Source: Podarcis erhardii
Lineage: Eukaryota
Reading direction: 5' to 3' (one strand)
DNA: 64,000 bases
Assembly: GCA_964252035.1 (NCBI GenBank)
Contig: OZ176209.1
Shown here: positions 1-12,060 of the stretch, one piece after another
Layout of the letters: the number at the start of each line of letters is the position of its first letter
Position numbering within the stretch: the first letter of the stretch is position 1
The notes under the pieces: generated by a model
What the model saw: the letters and a program-made list of their open reading frames with translations, nothing else
The model's database searches: none
Told to the model about the DNA's origin: nothing
Translations under genes and position numbers: made by a program

Positions 1-509
1 TTTTTGATTTTTTTTGTAATTTTGATTCTTGAATATTTTTTATCATTTTATTTCCCTATCATCAAATGCCTGCACATTTTTGATTCACTTAATCACCTTT
101 AAAAAAACAAAAACAGTACCAGAAACTTGTATCTAAAGGAATTAAAGCCCATTCCAGCCTTACATATGTCCATGTTCATGTACTCTGCTACTGGGATATA
201 AAGAAACTTCTCTAGTTATGAGATTTCTTTGTACAATCTTACCTTGGATCCCAAACGCCCTAGAATTCATATGTTTTGGTGCCGCAAACCCATAAGTGAT
301 TGTTTCAGTTTGCGAACATTCTTTTGGAACCTGAATATCCGATGGGGATTCTGTGGATTCTGATTGGCTACAAGAGCTTCCTGCAGCCAATCAGAAGCCG
401 CAATTTGGTTTTCACTATCCAACAAACATTCTGGAATCAATTTTTAGGTCCCTCCCCATCAAGCCTCTGTTTTACAAATGTGATCGTGGCATGTTATATC
501 CTTAAAAAA

Positions 510-900
510 TTATAATAAGAGCCCTGCTGAATCAGTTCAGATGTTTATTCCCGTATCCTGTTCTCACAGTGATTAACCAGATACCTACTGAAAACCCGCA
601 AGCAAGATGTGAGTGCAATAGCATTCTTACTTAGGATTCCTGGCAACTTGTATACTGGGACACACTGCTTCTAACAGTGGAGAGAGAACATTGACTAGTA
701 ACCATGGTAGCCTTATTCTCTATGCATTTGTCTAAACCACCCAGGTTGGTAGCCATTGCTGCATCATGTGGGAGCCAATCCTCTAGTTAATGCACTGTGT
801 GAAGAAGTAATTCCTATCCACTTTCTCCACAACATGCATAATCTTTGATACTTCTGTCATATATAAGATTATGGATGGTGTGGAGAATGTGAACAGAGAG
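510..900 (-). mobile_element. Old CR1 LINE 3' fragment
   Basis: Degenerate match to the reptile CR1 3' end as read on the + strand (aagagccctgctgaatcag...tcctgttctcacagtg...). Boundaries approximate. Confidence 0.5.
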
Positions 901-1167
901 AAAAGGAGCACTCTGAGAGATTCTGGCACTAATGGTTAATCCTGCATTCTCAACAAGGACCAGTTTAAAGCTAACCAGTAAAGTTTTCTTTTTGAGTATC
1001 CATATTCCTCAACCACTTTTCTGCTTTGGGATTTTTGCTATCTAATTGTGCAGCAAACTTTGTTCTGGGTACTCAAGAATCAAAACAGTCTCCACAACCT
1101 GTTCCTTGAAAAGAATGGTAGGAGAGTGTCTAGTTACAGTTCTGATATATCTTATTGCTTCCCAAAG

Positions 1168-1278
1168 GCACAACTGTTAGAATTTATTGCCGGAACAGCA
1201 GATTTAGCCATTGAGAATCATTCAGTTCTTACTACCCCCTCAACACCAACCAGCAGAGTGAACCAGGATCATGAAGAG
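1168..1278 (+). CDS. PARPBP: PARPBP (PARI) internal coding exon, first in window; upstream exons lie outside
   Basis: aaag|GCA...GAG|gtaaaa, 111 bp, phase 0/0. AQLLEFIAGTADLAIENHSVLTTPSTPTSRVNQDHEE resembles recalled human SQLLDFLSG...PTSPTSKYNRDNEK. Confidence 0.88.
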
Positions 1279-1954
1279 GTAAAATGTATGAGTATTGTCC
1301 TATATCCCAACTATCATAGTGTTTATCATAACTCGTATTTGCTTATGTACAGAAATCACACTTGGACTCTAATACAGTATTGAAATTTAGCTGCATTTCT
1401 GCTTTCTTTGAAAGAAGAAAACTAGTATTTTATTTTGTGGAAAGACATTTCAGAACATGTAGATAAGCATGGTAAAAGATTCCAAGATCCAGAATCCCAT
1501 CATAATCTTTACCCATGTTTTCTTACCTGTACACCCCTGCTGCCTTTCAGTTACTCAAACCTTGCTCTGGAGATAGAATGCCTGACACAATAAAATTTAC
1601 TTGGAGTCATTAATGAGATTGGAATGATGAACAGTCCTATGATGAAATAGTGTCTATTGCCAGGGTGGTCAGTATGGAAAGTCTAGATCTCAGGCTGGAA
1701 AGAACAAAAGTAATTTAAAATTTTGTCCAGTGTACTTTTATATATTAATTATAATCCATATTTGTTTCTTTAATTGCTTATCTGATTTTTCAAAATGTAG
1801 ATTAGTGAATTGAAAGCTAGTGTAGTATTTTTGCTTTCCTACATGAGAGTTTCCTAATATTTTGCTAAATTGTGTTTTCATGAAGCAGCCCTGTTTAGGG
1901 AAGCTTTTAATGTTTGATGTATCACAGTATTTTAATATTTTGTTGGAAGCCACC

Positions 1955-1997
<43 letters not shown>
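1955..1997. repeat. (TTA)n microsatellite
   Basis: Direct read of the tandem trinucleotide. Confidence 0.95.
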
Positions 1998-2028
1998 GAA
2001 TAAACTAACAGGATTCTCTTTTATGTAG

Positions 2029-2199
2029 CTACCATTGATGGTGAAGAAAATTTTGTATGCATATTTAAGTATATTGGTTAACTCCAAGAATGACCTGGCA
2101 TTTGCTTACATTTTAAACGTTCCTGACAGAGGACTTGGAAGGGAAGCTTTTACTGACCTAAAACATGCTGCACAGCAGAGACAAATGTCCATATTCTTG
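2029..2199 (+). CDS. PARPBP: PARPBP coding exon
   Basis: tgtag|CTA...TTG|gtacgt, 171 bp. [57 protein letters not shown] matches the human [34 protein letters not shown] segment. Confidence 0.97.
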
Positions 2200-3758
2200 G
2201 TACGTATGACAAATCAAAGCATTTTTTTTGTATTTGAAGGCATTGAGGAGATGCAATAGGACGATTTTTGGGGTTTTTTAAAGCAAACTATATAGGAGCT
2301 GGATTGGGATTGTTCATGTAACAGCCAGAAGTCATCCATTTGTACTGCGTTATCCATGCTGGTTGTACAAATCCTCCAGTCTGCCATTTTAGATAAGTGA
2401 ATATAGGCATAGTTTCTGTGAGGATTGTTGCAGTCAGGTATGCTGTGTCAGTACACCAAATACTGAAAAAGTTGACTGAAATCATTGTAATATATTAGCT
2501 TCTCAGGACAGCCCATCTGTATCAGTATAGTTTTGGTGGAGCCAGAGGGGAGCAAATCAAAACTGAAGGGCTTCAGAGGACTAAAGTTGCTTTATGAAGC
2601 AGTAGTTGTGAAAAAAGTGTTTCCTAAATTCTGTCAAATTGGCATTACTCAAAGATCTTTGCCCATTATCAGTGACAGAGCCATAGGAAATCACTCAGGC
2701 CACAGCACTGTACCATGTATTCATAATTTGGGTTTTAAATGTTAATTCCTTTCAAAACATGACTTGGGAACAGGTTTGATGTAGCATAGTCAAGTTTTTG
2801 GGGTGTTATAATTGAATAAGTATGGAAACATGTGAAAGATTAATCAGTTCAATTCCTAAAGTTGTATTATTTGGTGTTTTATGAATTATGGACTTGGACT
2901 ATGTTCATCAGCCACTCTTTTATGGTTACCAAAGAAAGAAAACTTCTTTGTATAAAAACATGGTTTTCTTTTGGCAGCTTTGTTCTAAAGAAGAAGAATG
3001 ACAAAATACTTTCCATTGAGTAGTCAAGATCCTATGAAGCACACACAATCTGTAGTGTATCCATGAGCACTGGCAGAATTATTCTACAAGGTTGGGGGTT
3101 CTCTAAAAATCTAACCCCCATCTTTTTTAAAAAATTATACAATATGTAGATAAGAAGAACACACTTGTAGACCCACCAGATTCTGGTGCATTGGTTAACT
3201 GAGTTTGTGTACGTTTTTGCCAAAGGATTACTATATGATGTTGTTGAGGGTCAATGAATATCCCAAGTCCTGTTGAGGCAGACCTATGTGCCTTCCATAC
3301 AGGCCACCTCTGAATTGGCAGCTATGGGGTCAGAATTTTGACCCAGAAGTCACCTGATGCTAGTACCTGCTTTGATTGACACAATTTTAATTGAATTCTG
3401 CACAAAACATTTAAATGTAAGGTGGCTAATGGGAAGATCAAATTTGTCTTACTATGCAGGCACAATCCTTCTGGCTTGAAACAGTAGAATGGGTTGAACA
3501 ATTAATATACTTAAGTTTTCCAAAGATTTGTAGTTTTGCTTCACAATAGCACACAGTTATCATATTTGGAACAGATTTGTCTTTGTTTTACAATCGCATA
3601 GAAAGCCATTATGTTTAATTTTAAGGAATAATTTGGACTTTTCTTTGATGCCTTGAATCATCCTGTTATTTGTGGGAATATTTGTGGTTTACGTGTGGTG
3701 TATTGGTTTTCTATGTTTGCATTACTATTTTACTTAGCCAAATTATATGTCTTGTTAG

Positions 3759-3913
3759 ATGGCGACATCTTTTATCAGAACCATAGAACTTGGAGGAAAA
3801 GGTTATGCCCCTTCCCCAACTGATCTTTTAAGAACCCATATGAAGGGACTTTCACACTTGGTTCACTTCATTGATAAACTGGAAGAAATTATTGGTGAAG
3901 TCCAGGATCCGAG
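3759..3913 (+). CDS. PARPBP: PARPBP coding exon
   Basis: gttag|ATG...GAG|gtaata, 155 bp, ends phase 2. [51 protein letters not shown]. Confidence 0.97.
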
Positions 3914-4875
3914 GTAATAATTTTCCTATGTATGTGTACATGCAACACTGTTTAAAATGTACATTCCTTCATTAAAACAAAGCCAGCAACTATTACAAAT
4001 GCACTCATTCTTAGGTATTTTAGATAGAGGGTTTTCAAACCTTGTAAGCCTATCAATATGAAGATTGAATCTATTCAGCCTTTCCTTAATAACAACTGCA
4101 GTAAAGAAGACAGGGCAAGAGAGGTTATTTGAAAAAAAAAAATTGAAAATAGTTTGACTTGGAGTAAGCCCCATCAAATTTACTGGAAATTACTTCTGAG
4201 TAGACACAGAAATCCTATACATGTCTATTCATAAATAAGGCCCATTGAGTTAAAAGATGCCTTCTATCAGGAAAGTAGGCATAGAATTGCAGCCTTGGTC
4301 TCTTTCTTTCCTTGCTTTCCCACACGCTTGAGTTGGTTTGCACATCACACTATATGTTGTTTAGCACAGAAGCAACTGGATCAGTCTAGCAGGCCAGAGC
4401 CTTATGCTTCTCTCTTCCCCAACCCCTGCTGCCCAAACTTGAGCTGCGCTGGGCCACTCACCTGTCAATCACCAGATGTCACAATGACACTGGATGATGT
4501 AGCGTGTTGGAGTACTAGTGAGCAGCTGATAGTTGTACTTCAGAAGCTGAGCGTATAGTGCTTCTGAAGCCCTGCTGATCAGCCCTTTTGGCTCTCCCAT
4601 CTTGTTACTTGCATATACCTGCCATGATGTCATGGGACTGGCAGGTAGCTGTGACTGACAAGTAGGTGGATTCCTGACAGCCTAATTAGGGCCAGAGGTT
4701 CCTCACTCCTAGTTTTTCGTGACATGCATAAACGGAAATAAGACAGAAGTTTACACACTATGTTCCTCTTTCCAACTCCAATGTGGCTGGGTGGGTGAGT
4801 GAGTTCAGAAGCTTTTGCTTTAAGTTTGTCACAGTTTGTTGTGTTATCTGGACAAACAAACTGTGGTTAAAACTA

Positions 4876-5117
4876 CAGTGGTACCTCAGGTTACAGACGC
4901 TTCAGATTACATATGCTTCAGGTTACAGACTCCATTAACCCAGAAATATTGCTTCAGGTTAAGAACTTTGCTTCAGGATGAGAACAGAAATCGTGCTCTG
5001 GCGGCACGGCAGCAGCAGGAGGCCACATTAGCTAAAGTGGTGTTTCAGGTTAAGAACAGTTTCAGGTTAAGTACGGACCTCCAGTATGAATTAAGTATTT
5101 AACCTGAGGTACCACTG
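4876..5117. mobile_element. pogo/Tc1-mariner-type MITE (family A)
   Basis: TIRs CAGTGGTACCTCAGGTTA / TAACCTGAGGTACCACTG with TA at the left flank. Sister copies at 36014 and 55030. Confidence 0.9.
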
Positions 5118-5120
5118 TTT

Positions 5121-8100
5121 TTTTTTTGTTTTTTTTGTAAATAAATTTATTAGTTTTCATCCAGTTATACATTTTATATCGAATACAACATATTATACCT
5201 GTTTTGAACTTCCTTCAGCGCCTCTGAGATCATTCGTACTTATACCTTTAGTACACATTCCCTTTTTCCATATTGCCATTATTCCTCCTTATTCCCATTT
5301 TTTTTTTTATAAACAATACTTATTTGTATTTTTACAGTGCCTCTAGAAATCCCACTAACGTTGTGTTTATACCACAAATGTTTTTCAGATAATCCACCAA
5401 TTTTCCCCAGTCCTCGATGAACTTTTGGTCTTTAGTATATCTAATTTTCCCAGTTAATTTGTCCAGTTCGGCATAGTCTATCAATTTTAATCTCCATTCT
5501 TCTATCGTCGGTATCTCCTCTTGTTTCCACTTTTGGGCCAACAGGATTCTGGCTGCTGTTGCTGCGTATTGGAAAAGCTTATAGTCCTTTCTTCTTATGT
5601 CCTTTCCTACAATACCTAAAAGAAAAGCTTCTGGTTTTTTCACAAAAGTATATCTTAATATTTTTTTATCTCATTATAAATCATTTCCCAAAAGCTTTTA
5701 ACTTTCTTACATTCCCACCACTGATGAAAGAACGTCCCTTCTTTATCTTTGCATTTCCAGCATTTGTTATCAACCTTATACATCTTCGCTAATTTTACAG
5801 GAGTCATGTACCATCTATAAAACATTTTCATTACATTCTCTTTCAATAACGTACATGCCGTAAATTTCATATTCTCTTTCCACAGTTTTTCCCATTCATC
5901 GAATTGAATATTATACCCAAAATCCTTTGCCCATTGTATCATTACCGATTTAACCTCTTCATCCTTAGTGTGCCATTCCAGCAATATCCTATACATTTTT
6001 GACAGAGTTTTATACTCATTGTTTATTATATCTTTTTGGAAAATCGATTCCTTTTCCACATAGCCTTTTTCCTTCAAATCTTTTTTAAATATTTCATTTA
6101 CCTGACGATAATGCAGCCAGTCATACATAAGCATTTTTACTTGTTCATATGGCTTCAATTTCCATTTCCCTCCTTCATTAATCACCAATTCACCATACGT
6201 ACCCCATTTTTTCCTCATGTTAGTTTTTTTAACACACATTACCTCTAACGGAGACAACCAGTGCGGAATTTTGGGTTCCAATATATTTTTGTATCTTTCC
6301 CATACCTCTATTAAAGAACCCCTGAAGATGTGATTCCCAAATCCTTTGTGAACCCTCTTTTTATCACACCAAAGATACGCGTGCCATCCAAATCTGTTAT
6401 CAAAACCTTCTAGATCGAGTAGTTCATTGTTTTCTAATTTTATCCATTCTTTTATCCAGCATAAACATGCTGCCTCATAATACAGTTTCATATCTGGCAG
6501 GGCGAAACCTCCTCTTTCTTTAGCATCTGTCAATAACTTAAATTTTATTCTAGGCTTCTTTCCCTGCCAGATGTACCTTGAGATCACTTTTTGCCATTCC
6601 TTAAAGATTCCTATACCCTTTAATATGGGTATAGTCTGAAACAAAAATAACATCTTTGGTAGCACCATCATTTTTATCGTGGATATTCTTCCCCAAAATG
6701 ATAATTTCATTCTGGCCCACACCTCCAGCTCTTTCTTGATTCCCTTCCAAACCGGGGTATAATTATTTTGATACAAATCTATATTCTTAGGTGTTAACCA
6801 AATTCCCAAATATTTAACTTTTTTCGCCACCTCTATCTCAGTTTGTTGCTGCATTAGTTCAATCATATTCTGTTCCATGTTTTTTGCAATCACTTTCGTC
6901 TTTTGCTTGTTCAGTCTGAATCCCGCCACCTTTCCAAATTGTTCCATCTCTTCTAATACTTCCTTTATGCTTTCTATTGGCTCTTCCATAGTCATTACCA
7001 AATCATCAGCGAAGGCTTTAACTTTATACTCATTTAGCCCTACTGTTACCCCTTTTATTTTCTTGTTAAGTCTAATTGCATTTAGTAAGACTTCCAGAAC
7101 CGTTATAAATAACAATGCCGATAGTGGGCAGCCTTGTCTTGTTCCTTTAGATATTTTTATATCTTCGGTAATCACATTATTTACAATCAATTTTGCTCTC
7201 TGCTCAGTATAGATTGCCTTTATGCCATTGAAAAATTCTTGTCCCACTTCCATATATTCTAAATTTTTCAGCATAAACTCCCAAATCACATTATCAAAGG
7301 CCTTTTCTGCATCCACAAACATTAAGATTGCTTCTTTATCGCACCTATCAGACAGATATTCTATGACATTTATTACATTTCTTATATTATCTCTCATTTG
7401 TCTGCCTGGTAGGAAGCCTACTTGATCTTTGTGTATAAATCTTGTTAATATCTTTTTCAGTCTCTTCGTTAAAACTCCAGCAAAAATCTTATAATCCGTG
7501 TTCAATAATGAAATAGGCCTGTAGTTTTTCACTTGAGTTAAATCCGAATCTTCTTTTGGGATTAGTGTAATATATGCTTCTTTCCATGTTTCTGGAATGT
7601 CTCTTCCTTTCAAAATGTTATTCATGACTTCAGTCAGCGGGGTCATCAGCACCTCTTTCATCTCTTTATAGTAACTGGATGTAAACCCGTCTGGTCCCGG
7701 GGCTTTCCCTCTCTTCAACTCCTTTATCACTTCTTTTACTTCTTCTTTCTCTATTGGGGCATTTAGTTGGGCTTTTTGGTCTGTCGGGATCTTCTGCACC
7801 ATTTTGTCTTTTAGATATCTTTCTATTTTCTTCTTATTGTTCCTTTCCTTGTTTTTATATAGTTGCTTATAAAAGTCCAAGAATCCTTTCCTTATTTCTT
7901 TTGGATCGACTGTATCTTCTCCATTTATTTTAATTTTGTTGATCGTACTCTGTTCCTTTCTCTTTTTAAGTTGCCACGCAAGCCATTTTCCTGATTTATT
8001 TGCAAACTCAAAGTTTTTTTGTCTTAGTCTTTTGATGTTCCACTCCACTTCTTTGTTTATTATCATTGCAAATTGTGCTTGGAGAATCTTTATTTCCTGC

Positions 8101-8830
8101 TTTATCTTCACATTATTAGGTTTTTTAATCAGTTTTTGTTCATTCTCCATAATCTGTCGTAAGATCTCTTTTGTCCTTTTTTCCTTATTGTTTTTCTTCA
8201 ATGAGTTTTGCTGAATAAGAAAACCTCTCATTACTGCTTTGCTTGTGTCCCAAACAATGCTCATTTTCGTACCTTTATTGACATTGTCCATAAAATATTC
8301 AGATAATTTCTTTTGTGATTTTTCAACTATCTTCTGATCATCCCACAAATTATCATTCAGTCTCCACCTAAAAGTTCTTTCTTCAAATCCTTTTAATTCC
8401 ATTTCTATCGGATTGTGATCCGAAATCACTTTTGTTTGGATTTCAATTTTTTGGATTCTTGGAGTCAATTCATTCGATAACCATATTTGATCTATTCTTG
8501 ACATTGACTGATTCGGTTCTGAGTAATATGTGAATTGCTTCTCCAATGGGTGTCTGAGTCTCCAGATGTCTATCAAATTACAATTCTTCGTCATCGTGAA
8601 AAATGTCTTAGGCAATTTCCCTTCATTGTTTTTTACTTCTCTTAGTCTATCCATTTCCAATGAAACAACTCCATTCATATCTCCCATTATTATGATCTTT
8701 TGATCCATGTACTCGAACAATTTTTCCTCCAGTGATCTATAAAAATCAGTCTTATTTCCATTTGGTGCGTAGATCCCGACAATTATCAATTTTTCACCTT
8801 GCCAATTGATTTGGGCAGCAATAATTCTAC
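5121..8830 (-). mobile_element. L1-clade LINE, 5'-truncated, young, antisense in a PARPBP intron
   Basis: Poly(A) tail (T-run at 5118-5136), AATAAA at 5146-5151, short 3'UTR and near-intact ORF2. Flanked by identical 70-bp direct repeats at 5051-5120 and 8831-8900. Confidence 0.95.
5332..8830 (-). pseudogene. L1 ORF2 (partial APE endonuclease + reverse transcriptase + C-terminal Cys domain), one -1 frameshift near 5661-5667
   Basis: Motifs GIYAPN, GDMN, SRIDQIW, SDHNPI (APE); PGPDG, YRPISLLNTDYKI, GTRQGCPLS, FADD (RT); CWKC...HQWWEC. ORF 8789-5655 continues in a shifted frame as 5643-5332. The N-terminus of the endonuclease and ORF1 are missing. Confidence 0.93.
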
Positions 8831-8900
8831 TAAGAACAGTTTCAGGTTAAGTACGGACCTCCAGTATGAATTAAGTATTTAACCTGAGGTACCACTGTTT
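8831..8900 (+). repeat. Second copy of the 70-bp target-site duplication (duplicated right end of MITE A)
   Basis: Base-for-base identical to 5051-5120. Confidence 0.95.
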
Positions 8901-10639
8901 GGTTAATTTTAAAAGAAGCCAACTTCAAACTGGTTTCTGAAGCTGATGGATGAAGTTTATTATAACTCTGGGTCCAGATGGCATAGCAAGATGAGCTTAA
9001 CTAAAAGTGGAGGTTAAAACTTCCAAATTCCGGAGGGGAGGAACACATGAAACTGGGACTTGTTTGGACTAATTCTAGCTCATAAACATTGCCCTGTGCC
9101 TTATTGTGATATGTGAATCTTTCTTGCTTCTGTTCCATTTTTTCTTTCTCTAGTTTTGATTTAAGCTTGCTTTCTTGTGTTACCAAAGAATCTCAGTTGT
9201 AGTAACAGAGGCTAGTGCTGTTACTGCACACTTGCCTAGTACTACATCCTGTGCACAACCACAGAAGTGACATCTATGTTCAAAGAACTTTGTAGTTCAC
9301 AGTATCTGGGCAAATCTGGATGGGTGAAGAACGAATGGGATTGACAAGGAGAAATGTGGAGGAAGAAGCAGTCAGTTTAGGCAAAAGTTCAGGAAGTTCA
9401 TTGAAGGATGAGAACCTGATACATGAACCTGATAACTGTGAGCTGTATAACAGGAGGTCAGCTTTGCAGACAGAGCAAGGATTGCAAGGGAGAGAGAAGG
9501 GAGGTGCGTGTGGGATTCAAGTGAAAATGAGTTTATAAATTAAGGATAGGAAACCTGTGACCCTCCAAACATTGTACAACTCCAGCTCCCTTAATTTCTG
9601 ACCTTCCCTGCTATAGTTACAAAGCTTCTCAGAGAGCCAGTGTGGGATGAGAGATGACATGATAATGGAGGGTTCCTTAGGAAAATATATTTCAGTATCA
9701 CATGACCAGAAAAATTTCCTGTATCCTCGAGCAGTTTGTGGGCTCAGGATATATAACTCTTTGAACAGCTACATGGGATGTCCTTTAGTTGGCCATGCTT
9801 TTTTAGCAGAGAGAAGACAAACAGCCCAGCTATGTGTTAAACCATTAACTGGGCAAATATTTCTGGCATCCTTAAATAATGGAATATGCTTCTAAGCTGA
9901 GATAGTTATAAATCTGCATGCCCATCACATCATACCAGTCATTACATGAGAAGTTCAAGTATAAAAACCATTGACCCCTTGATGAGGCACCCATAGGGGA
10001 ACAGTACCTAGTGAGGATGGAGTTTACCAAAGTGGTCACTGTATTTTATTTTATTTTAAAAAAAGCTTGATTAGCCAGCTGATGAATTTTCCAAAGTCTT
10101 TGACCCTGGAGTAAAAAGAGGTTTGTGAAAACTATGAGGGATAATACAAGGCTTTGAATATGGCGAGGGGAAATTCCAGAGAGTTGGCATCAAAATACCC
10201 GAGCGAGCATTTCAAACACCTATTCTATAAAAATGAGCATTCTAAAATAAGTAATTGGTAAAATAACATAAGTTCTCCAGCTGATTGATGCCCACAATCT
10301 ATCATGAGCTGTCTTTCTATTGTATAACAACATACCGTAATATAATACATTATATTTGTTATAAATTGCAATGTGCATTTTCTGTAACTGCCATGACGGG
10401 AAAAAATAAAAATGCTGATACCTCTGTAATAGGATTTTGATATATGCTTTCCTGTTCCTGGAATAGATGTTGGGGAAGCTGTTTTATGTCTTATCAGGTT
10501 TTTGAATGCTGTCCATATTCTTGACAGTCTGTATTGCTCTCTCTGTCACATAGTTCCCAGAAAGAGTAAATACTATAAAATCATATTGAGGAGTAGTATT
10601 CTTTTTATGCTGCCAGCAACTTGTTTACTATAGGATCAG

Positions 10640-12060
10640 ACTTGTGAGTATCCAAGGCCAGAGCATGCAGGGAGATCCTGACCACCACTTTAGTACTGGA
10701 GGAACATGGCTTCATGATAAATCAACTGAAGAGCTTTCTCATCACAGCTGAGAGGATCCAACACCTGGGAGTGAGGAGGGGGTGACACAATCCAGCTCAA
10801 AACATTTGTGTCCCAGGAGCAAGAAGACAATCTTCTGGACAAAACAAGGAAGTTCATAACCTGAATCCAGCTCCATCTAATGGGCATGGTGCACCTACAA
10901 GGCTTTTCCCCATCCAAGACCCAGTTTTGAGAAAGATAGGTCACCTGGTACCCGTGTCACCTCCCTGTCACTACTCTGACAGTTTCTCCTCCTATCCAAA
11001 CTTTTACAGAAGGTCAGAACTCTCTGAGACAGGGTCCAACTAGTGAATTGCCACTGGCTCCAGAGTCTGCGGTTCTTGGACCTGATGGGCTGTTAAGAAG
11101 ACTGGCATATCCCAATGCAGCTGGATTTTCTAACCCATAAGCCCCCATGTTGGCAGCAGCTCTGTGTTTAGACCATGAGTGGCTTTAGACGAAGGGTTTT
11201 CCCAATAAAGTGGCCTGGAAAATCCTAGCTTCCAGATGTTTGTCTATGAAATGGCCAGGAAAGCTTTCCATTGCTGGTGGAAATGCCTTTGTGTCCAGGC
11301 CACAGCTTCAGGCGTCTGAGAGATTCTTGAGTTTGTGCAAGCTTGTCTTGATTTGAAAGCATTTGGTGGCCCTGGACTGAATGTTACTGGATTGGGGGAA
11401 GGTCCCATAGCCACACTAAGCAGTTCTTATGTGGTTCTGTTCTCCTGTTGCCACCCCTTGCTCCTGTTGCCACCCCCCTGCATTTATTCATAGATTCCCT
11501 ACATGGGACATGTACCTAGTACAGTGGTGCCCCGCAAGACGAATGCCTCGCAAGACGAAAAACCCGCTAGACAAAAGGGTTTTCCGTTTTTCGAGGCGCT
11601 TCGCAAGACGAATTTCCCTATGGGCTTGCTTCACAAGACGAAAATGTCTTGCGAGTCTTGCAATTTTTTTCGCTCCCCCCCCCTTTTTCTAAGCCGCTAA
11701 GCCGCTAATAGGGTTGCTTCGCAAGACGAAAAAACCGCAAGACGAAGAGACTCGCGGAACGGATTCTTTTCGTCTTGCGAGGCATCACTGTACTTGGGAC
11801 ACTCATCAACCAGTTTTTTGAGCATATTCAGCTGTTCTGCATACCTGAACTTCAACGGAGGACACCTGCAGGGCATTCACATGGGCTCACCCCTCTACAT
11901 TCACCAGGCACCTCAAACTAGACAAATATGTTTTGACAGAAGCAGCCTTTGGGAGGAGAATCCTACAACAAGTGCTGTGATTACTAATTCTCCTTCCACC
12001 TAGTCCATGAGGGTACTGCATTTGTAAATCCCTTTCCTGTATAATCCACTGATGAAGAAT
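10640..12060 (+). mobile_element. Degraded DIRS-type (tyrosine recombinase) retrotransposon relic, interrupted by a MITE
   Basis: Manual translation gives, in order: RT-like VLEEHGFMINQLKS...RIQHLG (~10690-10770); RNaseH-downstream-like LLSKLLQKVRT (~10990); YR N-domain-like RKAFHCWW...EILEFVQA (~11260-11340); YR C-terminus EDTCRAFTWAHPSTFTRHLKLD...EAAFGRRILQQVL* (11858-11980). Many stops and deletions. Confidence 0.75.
11522..11790. mobile_element. pogo/Tc1-type MITE (family B)
   Basis: TIRs CAGTGGTGCCCCGCAAGACGAA / TTCGTCTTGCGAGGCATCACTG, TA on both flanks, internal CGCAAGACGAA repeats. Confidence 0.9.

Noticed and set aside
358-396. Inverted repeat TTCTGATTGGCT...AGCCAATCAGAA containing CCAAT boxes
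   Set aside because: Appears to be the interior of a decayed lizard MITE in an intron rather than a promoter.
1048-1383. 111-aa ORF as a standalone gene
   Set aside because: Only 1168-1278 is coding (PARPBP exon); the rest is intronic read-through. The same applies to ORFs at 2035, 20065, 23187, 24192 and 61719.
5559-8214. Plus-strand ORFs overlapping the L1
   Set aside because: Antisense shadows of the A-rich L1 ORF2.
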